Of a stretch of DNA of 64,000 nt, positions 63,703 to 64,000 are shown piece by piece. The position numbers were made by a program, and so were the translations under genes. Under the pieces are notes generated by a model that saw nothing but the letters and a program-made list of their open reading frames with translations, had not been told where the DNA came from and did no database searches. The DNA comes from an uncultured Acidobacteriota bacterium (GTDB lineage: Bacteria; Acidobacteriota; Thermoanaerobaculia; UBA5066). The stretch lies in contig CAVZPE010000019.1 of assembly GCA_963776915.1 (NCBI GenBank), positions 7,994 through 71,993 of the forward strand, written 5' to 3'. How positions within the stretch are numbered: the first letter of the stretch is position 1; every line of letters starts with the position of its first letter.

Positions 63703-64000
63703 CTACTTGATCCTCTGGAAGAAGTCGTTCCCCTTGTCGTCCACGAGGATGAAGGCGGGGAAGTCGACGACGTCGATCGCGTAAACCGCTTCCATGCCGA
63801 GCTCGGGGAACTCCAGGATCTCCACCTTCTTGATGTTGTCTTGCGCGAGGATCGCGGCCGGACCGCCCGGCGAGCCGAGGTAGAAGCCGCCGTGCGTCTT
63901 GCACGCCGCCGTGACTTGTGGCGAGCGGTTGCCCTTCGCGATCATGACCATCGACCCGCCCTTGCTCTGGAAGAGGTCGACGTACGAGTCCATGCGCCCG
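63703..64000 (-). CDS. Class I (Fe-S) fumarate hydratase, C-terminal part
   Basis: [28 protein letters not shown] and [15 protein letters not shown]. Confidence 0.92.
   Translation of the reverse strand, partial: GRMDSYVDLFQSKGGSMVMIAKGNRSPQVTAACKTHGGFYLGSPGGPAAILAQDNIKKVEILEFPELGMEAVYAIDVVDFPAFILVDDKGNDFFQRIK

Overview
Very GC-rich bacterial chromosomal segment (about 70% GC by eye). It resembles Acidobacteriota, Thermoanaerobaculia-like; this is inferred from a Hanks kinase with PD40 repeats, VPS10/BNR propellers, an S46 peptidase and a TPCRLVDTR-type domain. Roughly 20 genes, including normally essential mrdA, rodA and mreD, carry single-base indels, so the assembly is probably an under-polished long-read consensus and split ORFs are treated as single genes. 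Core content: tnaA, fhs, pheA-aroF, tRNA-His and tRNA-Arg(CCG), lon, fecR-like-mreBCD-mrdA-rodA-rng, ppiD-ruvAB, nadC-nadB, a DEAD helicase, gap and the end of a class I fumarase. Accessory or unusual content: (1) a 50-bp att-type duplication of the tRNA-Arg 3' half enclosing a 1.8-kb integrase-less cargo, followed by an SBD-HNH-type restriction nuclease; (2) a family of about 120-bp inverted-repeat elements with core GATTTCTTAGAAGG, one of which supplies a Lys-rich tail to NadC, with the core recurring inside genes; (3) a PNPOx / PNPOx-GAF-wHTH pair divergent from a stand-alone di-iron MBL and a cytochrome c, with CCTAAG direct repeats between them; (4) an ECF sigma/anti-sigma/DoxX unit with two matching promoters; (5) sigma54-type sites at both ends of the mre operon, one ahead of a candidate sRNA of about 50 nt; (6) many leaderless-type promoters; (7) a damaged vapBC pair. 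No rRNA, CRISPR array, transposase or integrase was seen.
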